From: Patescibacteria group bacterium
Lineage (GTDB): Bacteria; Patescibacteriota; Patescibacteriia; PEXW01
Direction: 5' to 3'
Length of the DNA stretch: 64,000 nt
NCBI GenBank assembly: GCA_041671325.1
Contig: JBAZBR010000002.1
Coordinates: 137,978 to 201,977 of the forward strand
Part shown: one piece after another, positions 48,579 through 58,645 of the stretch
Numbering within the stretch: position 1 is the stretch's first letter
Layout of the letters: each line of letters begins with the position of its first letter
Notes under the pieces: model-generated
Seen by the model: only the letters and a program-made list of their open reading frames with translations
The model's database searches: none
What the model was told of the DNA's origin: nothing
Position numbers and translations under genes: made by a program

Positions 48579-50202
48579 GAATACCAAACAAAATAATAAA
48601 ATAATTAAACGGCTTTTAAAACTGGCTCCAGTTGATGAAGCTGGTCTTCACCAGTTTAAGCGGGCAATTGCATCGGATTTCAAATTAACGCTTACTCCGA
48701 ATGCTGACTTGCTTAAAGTCTATCGGCAATATGTAAAACAGACAAATACCAAGCCTGATTTGGCTTTGCTTAAACTGTTAAAACGCCGGGCCATCCGAAC
48801 TTTGTCTGGCGTCGCGCCGATTACGGTTTTGACCAAGGCTTATCCTTGCCCAGGGCGGTGTATTTATTGTCCAAGCGAAATCCGCATGCCTAAAAGTTAC
48901 TTATCATCTGAGCCGGCAGCCCAAAGGGCAGTGGTTAATAGATTTGATCCTTTTAAACAAGTTAAAAGTCGGATTACACAATTGGAAAAAAATGGTCACT
49001 CGGCTGATAAGATCGAATTGATTGTATTGGGTGGCACTTGGTCATTCTATCCGGAAACTTACCAGACTTGGTTTATTAAAAGATGTTTTGAAGCGGCTAA
49101 TGGCCGAGCCAGCAAGACTTTGGCTGTAGCCCAAAAAATCAATGAAAAGGTCAAGCACCGCATCATCGGTTTGACTTTGGAAACCCGGCCAGATTATGTG
49201 ACCGCTAAAGAATGTTGGCGCATGCGGGAATTGGGCTGCACCCATGTGCAAATTGGCGTGCAAACTTTGGACCAAAAGGTTTTGGATTTGAACCAACGGG
49301 ATGATTCCATAGAAAATATTGCAAGGGCGACAAACCTCTTGAGGAATTTTGGTTTTAAAATCACTTACCATATCATGCCTGGTTTACCCGGAGCAAACCC
49401 GAAATCAGATTTACAGACTTTCAAACTACTTTTTCATGATCAGCGTTTCCAACCAGATATGCTGAAGATTTACCCGACCGTAGTTTTAAAAAATTCATTA
49501 CTATATCATCATTGGAAAGCTGGCAAGTACAAGTCTTATTCTGATAAAGTTTTATATAATCTTTTAGTGAAAATTAAGAAAACTATTCCGCCTTATGTCC
49601 GCATTAACCGTTTGATCCGGGATATTCCAGGGCCAGATATTATCGATGGCAACCTAATCACTAACTTGCGCCAAAAAATGCAGCAAGAGGGAGTAATTTG
49701 CCAGTGCATTAGGTGTAGGGAAGTCAGGGACGAAAAATTTTCTGAAAAAGATTTGCGCCTGGTTAAAAGGGTTTATCCGGCAGGAACTGGGCAAGAAGTC
49801 TTTTTGAGTTTTGAAAGCCGGGACAAGAAGAAACTTTTTGCTTTTATTAGGTTGCGTTTACCCAGTAAAGTCCAAGTCAAAACCGAACCAGTCAAATTGA
49901 CCAGGTTTTTTGATAAAAAAGAAATTACAGCCGAAACTAATGCTTGGGCTTTTGATAATTCCACAGCTTTAATCCGGGAATTGCATACTTACGGCGAATT
50001 AATCCCAGTTGGTTCTAAAAGCGAAGCCGTCCAGCATATTGGTTTAGGCAAGCGCTTAATGGCTGAAGCGGAAAAAATTGCCAAAGCTAAGGGTTATAAA
50101 AAAATCGCGGTAATAGCCGGAATTGGGGTCAGGGAGTATTACAGGAAACTTGGGTATAAGGACGAAATGACTTATTTAATAAAAAGTTCAAAAATAAAAT
50201 AA
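48577..50202 (+). CDS. elp3: Elp3-type radical SAM/GNAT tRNA U34 acetyltransferase
   Basis: RTLSGVAP, CPGRCIYC, ETRPD, QHIGLG and YYRKLGY motifs. Confidence 0.93.
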   Translation: MNTKQNNKIIKRLLKLAPVDEAGLHQFKRAIASDFKLTLTPNADLLKVYRQYVKQTNTKPDLALLKLLKRRAIRTLSGVAPITVLTKAYPCPGRCIYCPSEIRMPKSYLSSEPAAQRAVVNRFDPFKQVKSRITQLEKNGHSADKIELIVLGGTWSFYPETYQTWFIKRCFEAANGRASKTLAVAQKINEKVKHRIIGLTLETRPDYVTAKECWRMRELGCTHVQIGVQTLDQKVLDLNQRDDSIENIARATNLLRNFGFKITYHIMPGLPGANPKSDLQTFKLLFHDQRFQPDMLKIYPTVVLKNSLLYHHWKAGKYKSYSDKVLYNLLVKIKKTIPPYVRINRLIRDIPGPDIIDGNLITNLRQKMQQEGVICQCIRCREVRDEKFSEKDLRLVKRVYPAGTGQEVFLSFESRDKKKLFAFIRLRLPSKVQVKTEPVKLTRFFDKKEITAETNAWAFDNSTALIRELHTYGELIPVGSKSEAVQHIGLGKRLMAEAEKIAKAKGYKKIAVIAGIGVREYYRKLGYKDEMTYLIKSSKIK

Positions 50203-50270
50203 TCGGGAAAAACGATTTAATATTTGGAGAATTTTGTTTTTAAATGCCTTGATAGTATAATGAAAATAAT

Positions 50271-51437
50271 ATGCAATTTAAAAACGTTTCTCGTGATGTG
50301 CGCTGGTTAAGCCTCGGGTTCTTGCTGCTATTCTTCGGTTTTAATGGCGTACAGCAATATATTACTATCTATTTTAAAAACATTGGCCACTCGCAAGTTG
50401 GTTTTGTTTCGTTAATTTTAGTTTATGCCGCTTTTATGGGGGCAAATATACTTAGTCCGGTAATTATTAGTCATATCGGCGCAAGGAAAACCATATTAGC
50501 CGTATATGGGGTATATGCTTTATATTGTTTGGCTTTACTCTCAGGCTCAATAATTCTTATTTATATTTTGTCATTAATACTTGGATGTGCAGCGGCATTA
50601 TTATGGACAGGGCAAAATTCCTATCTTATCCGCGCAAGCGCAAAAACGGTTTATGGTGAAAATGCTGGTTTTTTTGGAACCTTATTTGCTATCGGTTCAG
50701 CATTTGGTATTTTACTGATGGGATTTATATTACCAAAGCTTGGTTATAATATGGCTTTTATTTTATTCGTTGCGGTTATCGTTACGTCATTAATTTGTTT
50801 TTTAAAGATGTCTGATATACGTAGCGATCAACAACCCAAAGGCTTGACTTGGGAAGCTTTTCGTAGCAGCACGGCAATCCGCTTCAGTATGCTGTGGCTA
50901 GCGTTTAATTTCATTCAGGGCTTAGTCCTTGGTACAGTACCTTTAAAGATTCAAAGCGTTATTAGCATTTCCGCAGTAGGCCCTCTTATCGCGATTTTTT
51001 ACATTATGCCGATGTTATTTTCTTACTTAACCGGTAAAAAATCTGATATGACAGGGCGGCGAATTTGGATTTACCTTATGTTGATATTAAGTGTTATTGG
51101 GCTGTTTCTTATCATGTTTGGGACTAAACCATTAATTTTAATAATTGGGGTTGTTGTCCTGGCGTGTAATTTTGGAATTTCCAGGACAATTGCCTTTGCT
51201 CTGGTCGGCGATGTAACCGACGAAAAAAACACGGAAGCTTTTTCAGCATTGGTTTGGGCTATACAAGCCGGCTCCACGTTACTTGCATTAGTACTTTCCA
51301 CATTACTTCGGGATAATAATCTTTACATTGTCGGAATAATAATAGTCGTTATAACGATTCTGCCTGTCCTTCCGTTACTTCGATTACCCCTTGAAGTTAT
51401 TCGAAATCGAATAACCAAAGAAACAATCAAATCCTAA
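50271..51437 (+). CDS. MFS transporter (UNC-93-like)
   Basis: About 12 TM segments; GCAAALLWTGQNSYL. Confidence 0.85.
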   Translation: MQFKNVSRDVRWLSLGFLLLFFGFNGVQQYITIYFKNIGHSQVGFVSLILVYAAFMGANILSPVIISHIGARKTILAVYGVYALYCLALLSGSIILIYILSLILGCAAALLWTGQNSYLIRASAKTVYGENAGFFGTLFAIGSAFGILLMGFILPKLGYNMAFILFVAVIVTSLICFLKMSDIRSDQQPKGLTWEAFRSSTAIRFSMLWLAFNFIQGLVLGTVPLKIQSVISISAVGPLIAIFYIMPMLFSYLTGKKSDMTGRRIWIYLMLILSVIGLFLIMFGTKPLILIIGVVVLACNFGISRTIAFALVGDVTDEKNTEAFSALVWAIQAGSTLLALVLSTLLRDNNLYIVGIIIVVITILPVLPLLRLPLEVIRNRITKETIKS

Positions 51438-51532
51438 AAGGGTGCTTTGGTAGCTTTGACAGGCGGCGAAAGATTTGATAAGCTGGCCTGTTTCTTAATG
51501 TTCGTTTAAATCACAAAAGGAGGCCTAAAAGC

Positions 51533-52000
51533 GTGGTTACTAAAGACCATTTACGGCAGTTTCTTGCCTTAATTGACAGACATAATAATCCAATAAGCTT
51601 CTTGTTTGAAGTGATATTAGGTGAGCCGAACGCCGATACTGTCTTCGGCGAAAAGGCAATCTTGATGATGGTTCGAAACCGTAAGCCAGAGCAACTTAAA
51701 GGTGCCTTAAAGATTGAATTTCTTTTTCAGGTTAAGGTAATTCTCTGGATCTTGGGGCCTGTCTGGCTGGCAAATGATCGCCGCTTGCCTAGGGTTACCG
51801 GTTTCGAGTGGGCGCAAGCCATGTCAAACGAGCCGCGTATAGACTGGGACGGGTATTTTCGACAGTTTGGTCGGGCTGAAGAAATCTGGCAGAAAATAAT
51901 TGACGATTGCCTAACAGACCTTAAAAATCCATGCTCCCGATTAATTATCGGCAGGATTACCAGGATGTTTCTGGTAAAACTGCCAGGGTTTAAAGCTTAA
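51533..52000 (+). CDS. Hypothetical protein
   Basis: AAGGAGG before GTG; own TTGACA and terminator. Confidence 0.65.
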   Translation: MVTKDHLRQFLALIDRHNNPISFLFEVILGEPNADTVFGEKAILMMVRNRKPEQLKGALKIEFLFQVKVILWILGPVWLANDRRLPRVTGFEWAQAMSNEPRIDWDGYFRQFGRAEEIWQKIIDDCLTDLKNPCSRLIIGRITRMFLVKLPGFKA

Positions 52001-52211
52001 GCTTTTTATCAGAAGCATGCGCCCCGCGATTCAGTGGGGCGCTTTTTCTATTCCAAAGAATTCCAGATTCTACTAAACAAAACCTAGGAAGTAGGTTATC
52101 GTATGATTTATATTTCATTTTGACAAATGCATCTTAAAGTTTTAAATTTAAATTAATAGCGGTCTTTTACAAAACAAAAGAAATCTAACCAACCATAATA
52201 GGAGGTGGCAT

Positions 52212-52949
52212 ATGAGCAGTCAAAGTGTAGTACTGCCATATGGCGCGTTTGAATTGAAGCGCTATTATCAAAGAAACATGATTCGGGGGATTGGATTTGC
52301 GGCAGCCTTGACCGTTTTTTGCATCCTGTCGATATGGCTCTATCAAGTCATTACCTTTGACGAAGCGGGTGAGTCCAGTAATTTCATCCGCATCAAGACC
52401 ATTGCCGATTTGGGTCAGCCGCCGGGCATTGCCCAAAAACCGCCACAAATCGACATTGCCAAGCCGGAAATGGCTATGCCCAAAGTAGGCATCCCAACTC
52501 CAGTGGCCGACGAAGAAGTGTCTGATGAAGATGTTGTTATGGCTACGAGGGATGAGCTGAAGGAAATTACTGCTCCAGCAGTTGTCCCAACCGAAGCTTC
52601 TGGCAGTCAATTAGTGATTGATATACCAGAAGAAGATTACATGCCCCCGCCTGATGCATTTGTTGCGGTTGAAGTGGATCCGGTGCAGGTCTATGAAGAA
52701 ACGCCGGAGTATCCGCGGTTAGCCCGAGACGGTGGTTTCACCGGTTATGTCATTGTTCAGGCTTTCGTGGATAAGAATGGCTTTGTCAAAAAAGCCCAAG
52801 CGGTTAAATGCACTCGCCCGGGGATGGGGTTCGAGGAAGCCGCAGTAAAAGCGGCCTACAAGTGCCAGTGGAAACCAGCAATCCAAAATGGCAACCCAAT
52901 CGGTGTTTGGGTGGCTTATAAGGTGGATTTCGTTTTTGAGAATCAGTAG
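52212..52949 (+). CDS. tonB: TonB family energy transducer
   Basis: N-terminal TM, Pro-rich linker, PEYP.LAR..G..V.VQAFVD..FEEAAV.A..W.PA C-terminal domain. Confidence 0.88.
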   Translation: MSSQSVVLPYGAFELKRYYQRNMIRGIGFAAALTVFCILSIWLYQVITFDEAGESSNFIRIKTIADLGQPPGIAQKPPQIDIAKPEMAMPKVGIPTPVADEEVSDEDVVMATRDELKEITAPAVVPTEASGSQLVIDIPEEDYMPPPDAFVAVEVDPVQVYEETPEYPRLARDGGFTGYVIVQAFVDKNGFVKKAQAVKCTRPGMGFEEAAVKAAYKCQWKPAIQNGNPIGVWVAYKVDFVFENQ

Positions 52950-53056
52950 TATTTCCCGGGGAAGAGAGATTTAATTCTTTTCTCCGGGTTTTTTAAATTC
53001 TTTAATAATTCAAAAACTGTCTGCCTTCGGCAGACAGTTTTTGAATACTAGTTATT

Positions 53057-53800
53057 TTAAAATGATTTTGCACCAGAAATATCACCAGTACCCAAGGAAT
53101 CCTTTTTTAATTCTCTCATCGTGCCATAGCCATACATGGTCAGGTCACGGTCCGTGCTGGAATAAAGGTCATTCAAGCCAACTTGGTGACCGAATTCATG
53201 GGTGGCTATATTTTGGACGTCATAGGTGTTTGCTGCGCCGCCACAATCGCCAGCTGATGGGCTGGTGATTGACCAGGCTAAACTGGAAGAGAAAATCATG
53301 TCTGATTCAGCAACTTCACCAGTGCCAGTCCAATACCAAGTTCGGGTCACGGCAATCCCGCCCGAAGCACTGCCAAAGGCAACCAAGTTTACGCCATCTT
53401 TGGCAGACCTTTTAATATTCGTGGTTCCACCATAAGTCCATTGGGAGCTTGAATTAGCTTCCCAGGTTGAGGTAGAGTTAGCTATTGCGTTTCGAAAATC
53501 TACGAGGCTGATATTTGAAGGTAAAGTTGAGGTGCTGATTTTGTAAGTCAAACCAGAAGCAGGCATGTACCAACCGGTTAGTCCAAAATCGTTTACATTT
53601 TCATTGGTAGATTGTGTGCATTGGGCAACTGGCTTGCCTTTTTTTTGAAAATCAGGCAGGTCATCATAACGGTAATATATTTTTACCACTTCTTTTAATT
53701 GGCCTTTATCTTTGGCTTGGCTGGCAAAAGGAGTAACAGAAATCAGCGTCAAAAGAGCGAATATCATCAGTGAATATGTGGATTTTTGCCAAATTTTCAT
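53057..53800 (-). CDS. Secreted matrixin (M10-like) metalloprotease
   Basis: HEFGHQVGLND zinc motif, Met-turn TMY, signal peptide. Confidence 0.88.
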   Translation of the reverse strand: MKIWQKSTYSLMIFALLTLISVTPFASQAKDKGQLKEVVKIYYRYDDLPDFQKKGKPVAQCTQSTNENVNDFGLTGWYMPASGLTYKISTSTLPSNISLVDFRNAIANSTSTWEANSSSQWTYGGTTNIKRSAKDGVNLVAFGSASGGIAVTRTWYWTGTGEVAESDMIFSSSLAWSITSPSAGDCGGAANTYDVQNIATHEFGHQVGLNDLYSSTDRDLTMYGYGTMRELKKDSLGTGDISGAKSF

Positions 53801-53958
53801 GCTTTTCACCCCCTTTCAAATTTAAGTTTGATATAAACAGGATACACCTATTTATTTTTATTAGGCAAATCACAAATTTTCATAAAATATTGGCGGTTGT
53901 GGTTATTCTTAGTTTTTCGTATACTAAATACAACATTTAACATTAACAGAAAACGCTT

Positions 53959-55668
53959 ATGCGAAAATTTCTAATCCTACTCGCGGTTTGCGGGTTTTTT
54001 GGCATAGCCAAAGTGGCTTTTGCTGCTGATGGTACAATCAGCGGAACCGTAACCCATGCAGCTGATGGTACGGCAATAGCCAGCCTGACAGTCTTTGTCC
54101 AAAACGTTGATACTAAGGCCTTCTCTTACCCTTACACAGATGCAGCTGGGGCATATAGCGTTAGCCTGGCGCCAGGGACTTATGATGTTTCACCATACAC
54201 TTCCACTTCAGCTGAAGCGAACGTAACATTCATTAAAAAAACATCAACTATCACTATCGCTAGTGGTGAAACTAAATCCGGACAAAATTTTGTCTTAACC
54301 CGCCGCGGTTCTTTTACTGGCCATGTTTATGCAGCTGATGGCGTGACTCCGATTAACAGTGTGAGCCTTTCATTTGTTAATGCAAGCGGCAGTACGTATG
54401 GCTTTTCTTATCCAACGACAGTTTCAAATGGGAGCTATACGAGCAGTCCAAGTCCTTCTGATACTACCCAATCCGCTGTGGGCACCTATACCCTTACGAT
54501 ATCTAAGTTCGGTTATTTTTCTGCACAGATAACCGGAGTGGTCTTGACTGGAGACGAAACTTCAATAACCCAAAATGTAACATTAACACCGGCAAGCACC
54601 ATAACTGGTACGATTGTTGATCAAAATGGAGCTGCATTGGCTGGTGCAACCGTAACCATAGCCAAGAGTTCGGGGGCTAGCTTATATTCCGGAACTTATA
54701 CGGCCACCACTAACGCCGCAGGCGCCTACACAGTAAGCATATTTGATATCAGCACGTATAATGGCTCTGCCGTTTCGGATTACAATGTGACAGTCAGCAA
54801 GAGCGGGTATATTTCAAAAACCTCGACACTTTCAATTACCGCTGATGGCACTGCGCTTACTGGAAAAAATTATACTTTGACTCTGGGTAAAACCTACAGT
54901 GGTACAGTTGTGGCAAAAAGTGGAAATACGCCCCTATCAACCGCTTATGTTTATCTATACAAACGAAATAAAGTCCGCAGCGAGATTCCTGACTATACGG
55001 CAACTACCAATAGTAGCGGAGTTTTTTCTATAACAGGAATCCAGACGGGTAAATACCGGGTCAAAGTTGTGAAGAATACCTACGTCAATATTGTCATTGA
55101 TTCACTGAACATCAAGGCGGATATTAGCGGCGCTACGCACAAGCTTGAATTAGGCGGGACAATTAGTGGGTCAGTGTATACTGGAAACCATGTCGGCATT
55201 GATGGCGCAAGTATTGCAATTTATGCTTTAAAAAACGGTAAGCAAGTTTCATACACTTCAACTATTGCAGATGAAGATGGTAACTATACGGTATCAGGAT
55301 TAAAAGCTGGTACTTACCGTTTAAAAATAACTACCACGGATTACGTTACCCAGTTAGCTAATGTTACGGTAAAAACTGGCCTAACAGCCACAAAAAATCT
55401 AAAATTAACAGCTGCTGGAACGATTGAGGGTTATATTACAGATAAGGATACTGGTTTGCCAGTAAGTGCAACTATCAGGGTTGTGGGCACTTCTATTGTT
55501 ACTTCCTCTGATGCCAATGGTTACTATATTCTTGATGGTATTGCGCCTGGCAAACGTAAAATTAGCGTAATTAGTTATATGTATGATGTTGCTGGCCGGA
55601 ATAATATAACCGTAAAATCAGGGAAGATTGCTTCGGGAATAAACTTTACGTTAAAACCCAAACAATAA
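53959..55668 (+). CDS. Secreted protein with tandem carboxypeptidase-regulatory-like domains
   Basis: Signal peptide; about six repeats of GTISGTV..G.Y....L..G.Y. Confidence 0.85.
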   Translation: MRKFLILLAVCGFFGIAKVAFAADGTISGTVTHAADGTAIASLTVFVQNVDTKAFSYPYTDAAGAYSVSLAPGTYDVSPYTSTSAEANVTFIKKTSTITIASGETKSGQNFVLTRRGSFTGHVYAADGVTPINSVSLSFVNASGSTYGFSYPTTVSNGSYTSSPSPSDTTQSAVGTYTLTISKFGYFSAQITGVVLTGDETSITQNVTLTPASTITGTIVDQNGAALAGATVTIAKSSGASLYSGTYTATTNAAGAYTVSIFDISTYNGSAVSDYNVTVSKSGYISKTSTLSITADGTALTGKNYTLTLGKTYSGTVVAKSGNTPLSTAYVYLYKRNKVRSEIPDYTATTNSSGVFSITGIQTGKYRVKVVKNTYVNIVIDSLNIKADISGATHKLELGGTISGSVYTGNHVGIDGASIAIYALKNGKQVSYTSTIADEDGNYTVSGLKAGTYRLKITTTDYVTQLANVTVKTGLTATKNLKLTAAGTIEGYITDKDTGLPVSATIRVVGTSIVTSSDANGYYILDGIAPGKRKISVISYMYDVAGRNNITVKSGKIASGINFTLKPKQ

Positions 55669-55839
55669 ATTGGCTTAAGCATAATATCCAAAACACCCGT
55701 CGTATTAAAGGCGGGTGTTTTGTTTTATCTAGGGGTCCCCACGCGGCGGAACTGGCGCGTGGGGAAAGGGGCACACGAACGGAATCCGAAGCAAGCTCGC
55801 GAAAGCGAGTGTGCGGAGGGTGGAGTTCGTGATGACCCG

Positions 55840-55913
55840 TGGCTCCGAGACTTGGACTCGAACCAAGATACCTGCCTCCAGAGGGCAGTGTCCTACCATT
55901 AGACGATCTCGGA
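55840..55913 (-). tRNA. tRNA-Gln(CTG)
   Basis: Cloverleaf, anticodon arm CTGCC-CTCTGGA-GGCAG, encoded CCA. Confidence 0.95.
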
Positions 55914-55917
55914 ATAA

Positions 55918-57447
55918 TTATCCCTCAAAAGCATTTACAATCTGGTCCCATAGCTGGTCACCGGATGCTAGCTTTTTAGATTTTTCAGAAAGCAATTTAT
56001 CAGCCGGATTGGTATTTTCGATTTTCTGTTCGGCTTTGTCAAGCTTTAAATTAGGGTCTAATTCAACTTTGTATGTAACTTTTTTACCCATAACTCTCTT
56101 GATCACGGAATCTAGAACTTCCCTAGCTTTAGGCGTCGAAAGCCTTTCGACATGTAAAGTAAATGGGCAAGTGATAGTTAAAACATCATCTATCACTCCA
56201 GAAGACCTAACCATTTTTAGTGACATGGCCAGCATTGGAGCTTCATTATTCACTTCTTCAACTATTTTCAACCATGGATCTGGAAAGCCAGCATTAGATT
56301 TTTTTTGTAATGGCTCTTCTGCTTTTTTTTCAATTACTGTAGTGCTTGGGTTTGTTTGCTGAATTGCCGGTTCAAACTGATCAGAGGTTGATTCAATAAT
56401 TGCAATTTCCAAAGGTACTTGTGGCAAGGGGCTAATGGAAATATATTGCTGGATCATTAAAAAGTTTTCAAGAATTTTTACAATCCGGCCGGCAGTAAAA
56501 GCCGCGAGTTTTTCTTGCAAGACATTTTGGATTTGTGGACGGATATTTGGCGCAACCACCCGAAAAAGCAAGCAATCCCGCAAACTCCGGATAATATCAT
56601 TTCGATAAGCTTCCAAATCAATACCATTTTCAATTTGATCGTCAATATTTTGAATGGCTTCAGCGCGATTGTTATTTAAAATAGCTAAAATCAATTGGAC
56701 TACGGCGGCTTGATTTGAGCGGGGCAAGACCAAGTCCGCTTGTTCCAAAGTAATCTTTTTTTCACCCAAGGAAAAAACTTGGCCCAGGATGCTTTCGGCA
56801 TCTCGGCTGGAACCATCAGCCAACCTGACGATTTCTTCAATCACATTTTCGTCAACTGACATGTCTTCTTGTTTGGCAATCCACCTTAGTTTTTTGCCTA
56901 TTACCTCTGGATTAATCCGGTGGAAGTCAAATTTTTGGCAACGGGACTGGATGGTTTCAGGGACCTTATGGATTTCCGTAGTGGCCAGGATGAACATGGC
57001 ATGGGCTGGCGGTTCTTCCAAAGTTTTTAAAAGCGCATTAAAAGCTGCGGTTGAGAGCATGTGGACTTCGTCAACTATAAAAACTTTAAATTTCAAGCTT
57101 GAAGGCGTAAAGCGGCTATGTTCAATAACTTCCCTAATATTATCAACGCCGGTATATGAAGCCGCGTCAATTTCAATGACGTCCAAAGCCCGTGCTTCAG
57201 TTATGCTTCTGCAAGCCTCGCAGATATTATCCGGTTCTCCATTTTTTGGGTTTTGGCAGTTTACCGCTTTGGCTAAAAGTCTGGCGGTGGTGGTTTTACC
57301 GATACCCCGGGGGCCGGAAAAAAGATAGGCATGGGCTACTTGGCTTTTTTGCAGTTCATTCAAAAGCGTGTGGGCAACGTGTTCTTGGCCAATAAGGTCG
57401 GCAAAAGTTTGCGGACGGTATTTCCGGTATAAGGTTTGGGAGCTCAT
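55918..57447 (-). CDS. dnaX: DNA polymerase III subunit gamma/tau
   Basis: LYRKYRP, GPRGIGKT and DEVHML motifs. Confidence 0.97.
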   Translation of the reverse strand: MSSQTLYRKYRPQTFADLIGQEHVAHTLLNELQKSQVAHAYLFSGPRGIGKTTTARLLAKAVNCQNPKNGEPDNICEACRSITEARALDVIEIDAASYTGVDNIREVIEHSRFTPSSLKFKVFIVDEVHMLSTAAFNALLKTLEEPPAHAMFILATTEIHKVPETIQSRCQKFDFHRINPEVIGKKLRWIAKQEDMSVDENVIEEIVRLADGSSRDAESILGQVFSLGEKKITLEQADLVLPRSNQAAVVQLILAILNNNRAEAIQNIDDQIENGIDLEAYRNDIIRSLRDCLLFRVVAPNIRPQIQNVLQEKLAAFTAGRIVKILENFLMIQQYISISPLPQVPLEIAIIESTSDQFEPAIQQTNPSTTVIEKKAEEPLQKKSNAGFPDPWLKIVEEVNNEAPMLAMSLKMVRSSGVIDDVLTITCPFTLHVERLSTPKAREVLDSVIKRVMGKKVTYKVELDPNLKLDKAEQKIENTNPADKLLSEKSKKLASGDQLWDQIVNAFEG

Positions 57448-57485
57448 AGTAGGCTTATTTTACCCCACCTATGACCGATAGTAAA

Positions 57486-57591
57486 CCCCGCACCACTTTC
57501 CAAAAAAAATTCTAAATTTGCTTTAATAGAAATTTTTTTGAGAATGATATTATAGGTTTAAGTAGGGTTTTGATGGGAAAGTGGTGCGGGG
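57486..57591. mobile_element. MITE-like element, same family as 18669-18771
   Basis: 16-bp TIRs CCCCGCACCACTTTCC/GGAAAGTGGTGCGGGG; 106 bp. Confidence 0.75.
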
Positions 57592-57642
57592 TGATTCCCG
57601 GTTTTTGGCGGATTTTTTCAAGTATGTTAGCCTAAGAAAGCT

Positions 57643-58644
57643 ATGGAAATAATATTAGCCAAACCTAGGGGTTTTTGCGCTGGTGTTGACCGGGCGGTTG
57701 ATACCGTCGAACTTGCGCTTCGGGTTTTTGGCAGGCCTATTTATGTTAAACATGAGATTGTCCATAATACGCATGTGGTAGAAAAACTGAAAAACCAAGG
57801 CGCAATCTTTGTAGAGGATATAATGGTAATCCCCCAAAATGCCAGGGTAATTTTTAGCGCTCATGGAGTTTCGCCGCAAGTTTGGACTGATGCGAAAGCA
57901 AAAAGTTTGAAGATAATTGACGCTACTTGCCCTTTAGTCAATCGAGTGCATTTTGAAGTGAAAAATTTTGCCAAAAATGGTTATGAAATATTGTTAATTG
58001 GCCATCGTGGGCATATTGAAGTGGAAGGCACTCTGGGTGAGGCGCCGGACAAAGTGATTCTTGTCACTGACTTGGAAGAAGCTAAAAATGTAAAGGTTAT
58101 GAATCCAGAAAAAGTGGCAGTAGTTTCACAGACCACTTTGAGTTTGGATGATACATCAAATATCATGAAAATTTTGAAAAAACGTTTTCCAAAATTGGCC
58201 ACTCCGCCTAAAAGTGATATTTGTTATGCCACTACGAACCGGCAAAGTGCAGTCAAACAACTGGCAAAATTAGTTGAATTGATAATAGTTGTTGGTTCAA
58301 TCCAAAGCTCCAATGCCAATCGCTTGCGGGAAGTATCAGAAGCTTATGGAGCAAAAGCGTATTTAGTTGACAGTTCGGAAGAAATTAATGAAAAATGGTT
58401 TAATGGCATAACAAATATTGGCATAACTTCCGGAGCCTCTACGCCTGAAAATATATTTAATCAAATAGTTAAGTTCATCCAATCAATTACAGGAGCAGAT
58501 GTAAAAGAACTAGATAATATTTCCGAAGAAGTTTGGTTTGCCTTGCCTGAGGAGATTGTAAAAGAGGCGAAATCAAATCCCCAAGGCCAAGAACTCCTGC
58601 AAAAACATAATATTTCCAAAGACGTAAAAATGTCCATCAACTAG
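57643..58644 (+). CDS. ispH: 4-hydroxy-3-methylbut-2-enyl diphosphate reductase
   Basis: RGFCAGV, DATCPLV and ICYATTNRQ motifs. Confidence 0.97.
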   Translation: MEIILAKPRGFCAGVDRAVDTVELALRVFGRPIYVKHEIVHNTHVVEKLKNQGAIFVEDIMVIPQNARVIFSAHGVSPQVWTDAKAKSLKIIDATCPLVNRVHFEVKNFAKNGYEILLIGHRGHIEVEGTLGEAPDKVILVTDLEEAKNVKVMNPEKVAVVSQTTLSLDDTSNIMKILKKRFPKLATPPKSDICYATTNRQSAVKQLAKLVELIIVVGSIQSSNANRLREVSEAYGAKAYLVDSSEEINEKWFNGITNIGITSGASTPENIFNQIVKFIQSITGADVKELDNISEEVWFALPEEIVKEAKSNPQGQELLQKHNISKDVKMSIN

Positions 58645-58645
58645 C

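Noticed and set aside
55720-56362. Plus-strand ORFs over tRNA-Gln and dnaX, and the 62803 extension of uppS
   Set aside because: They are antisense to tRNA genes; uppS has a better start at 62923
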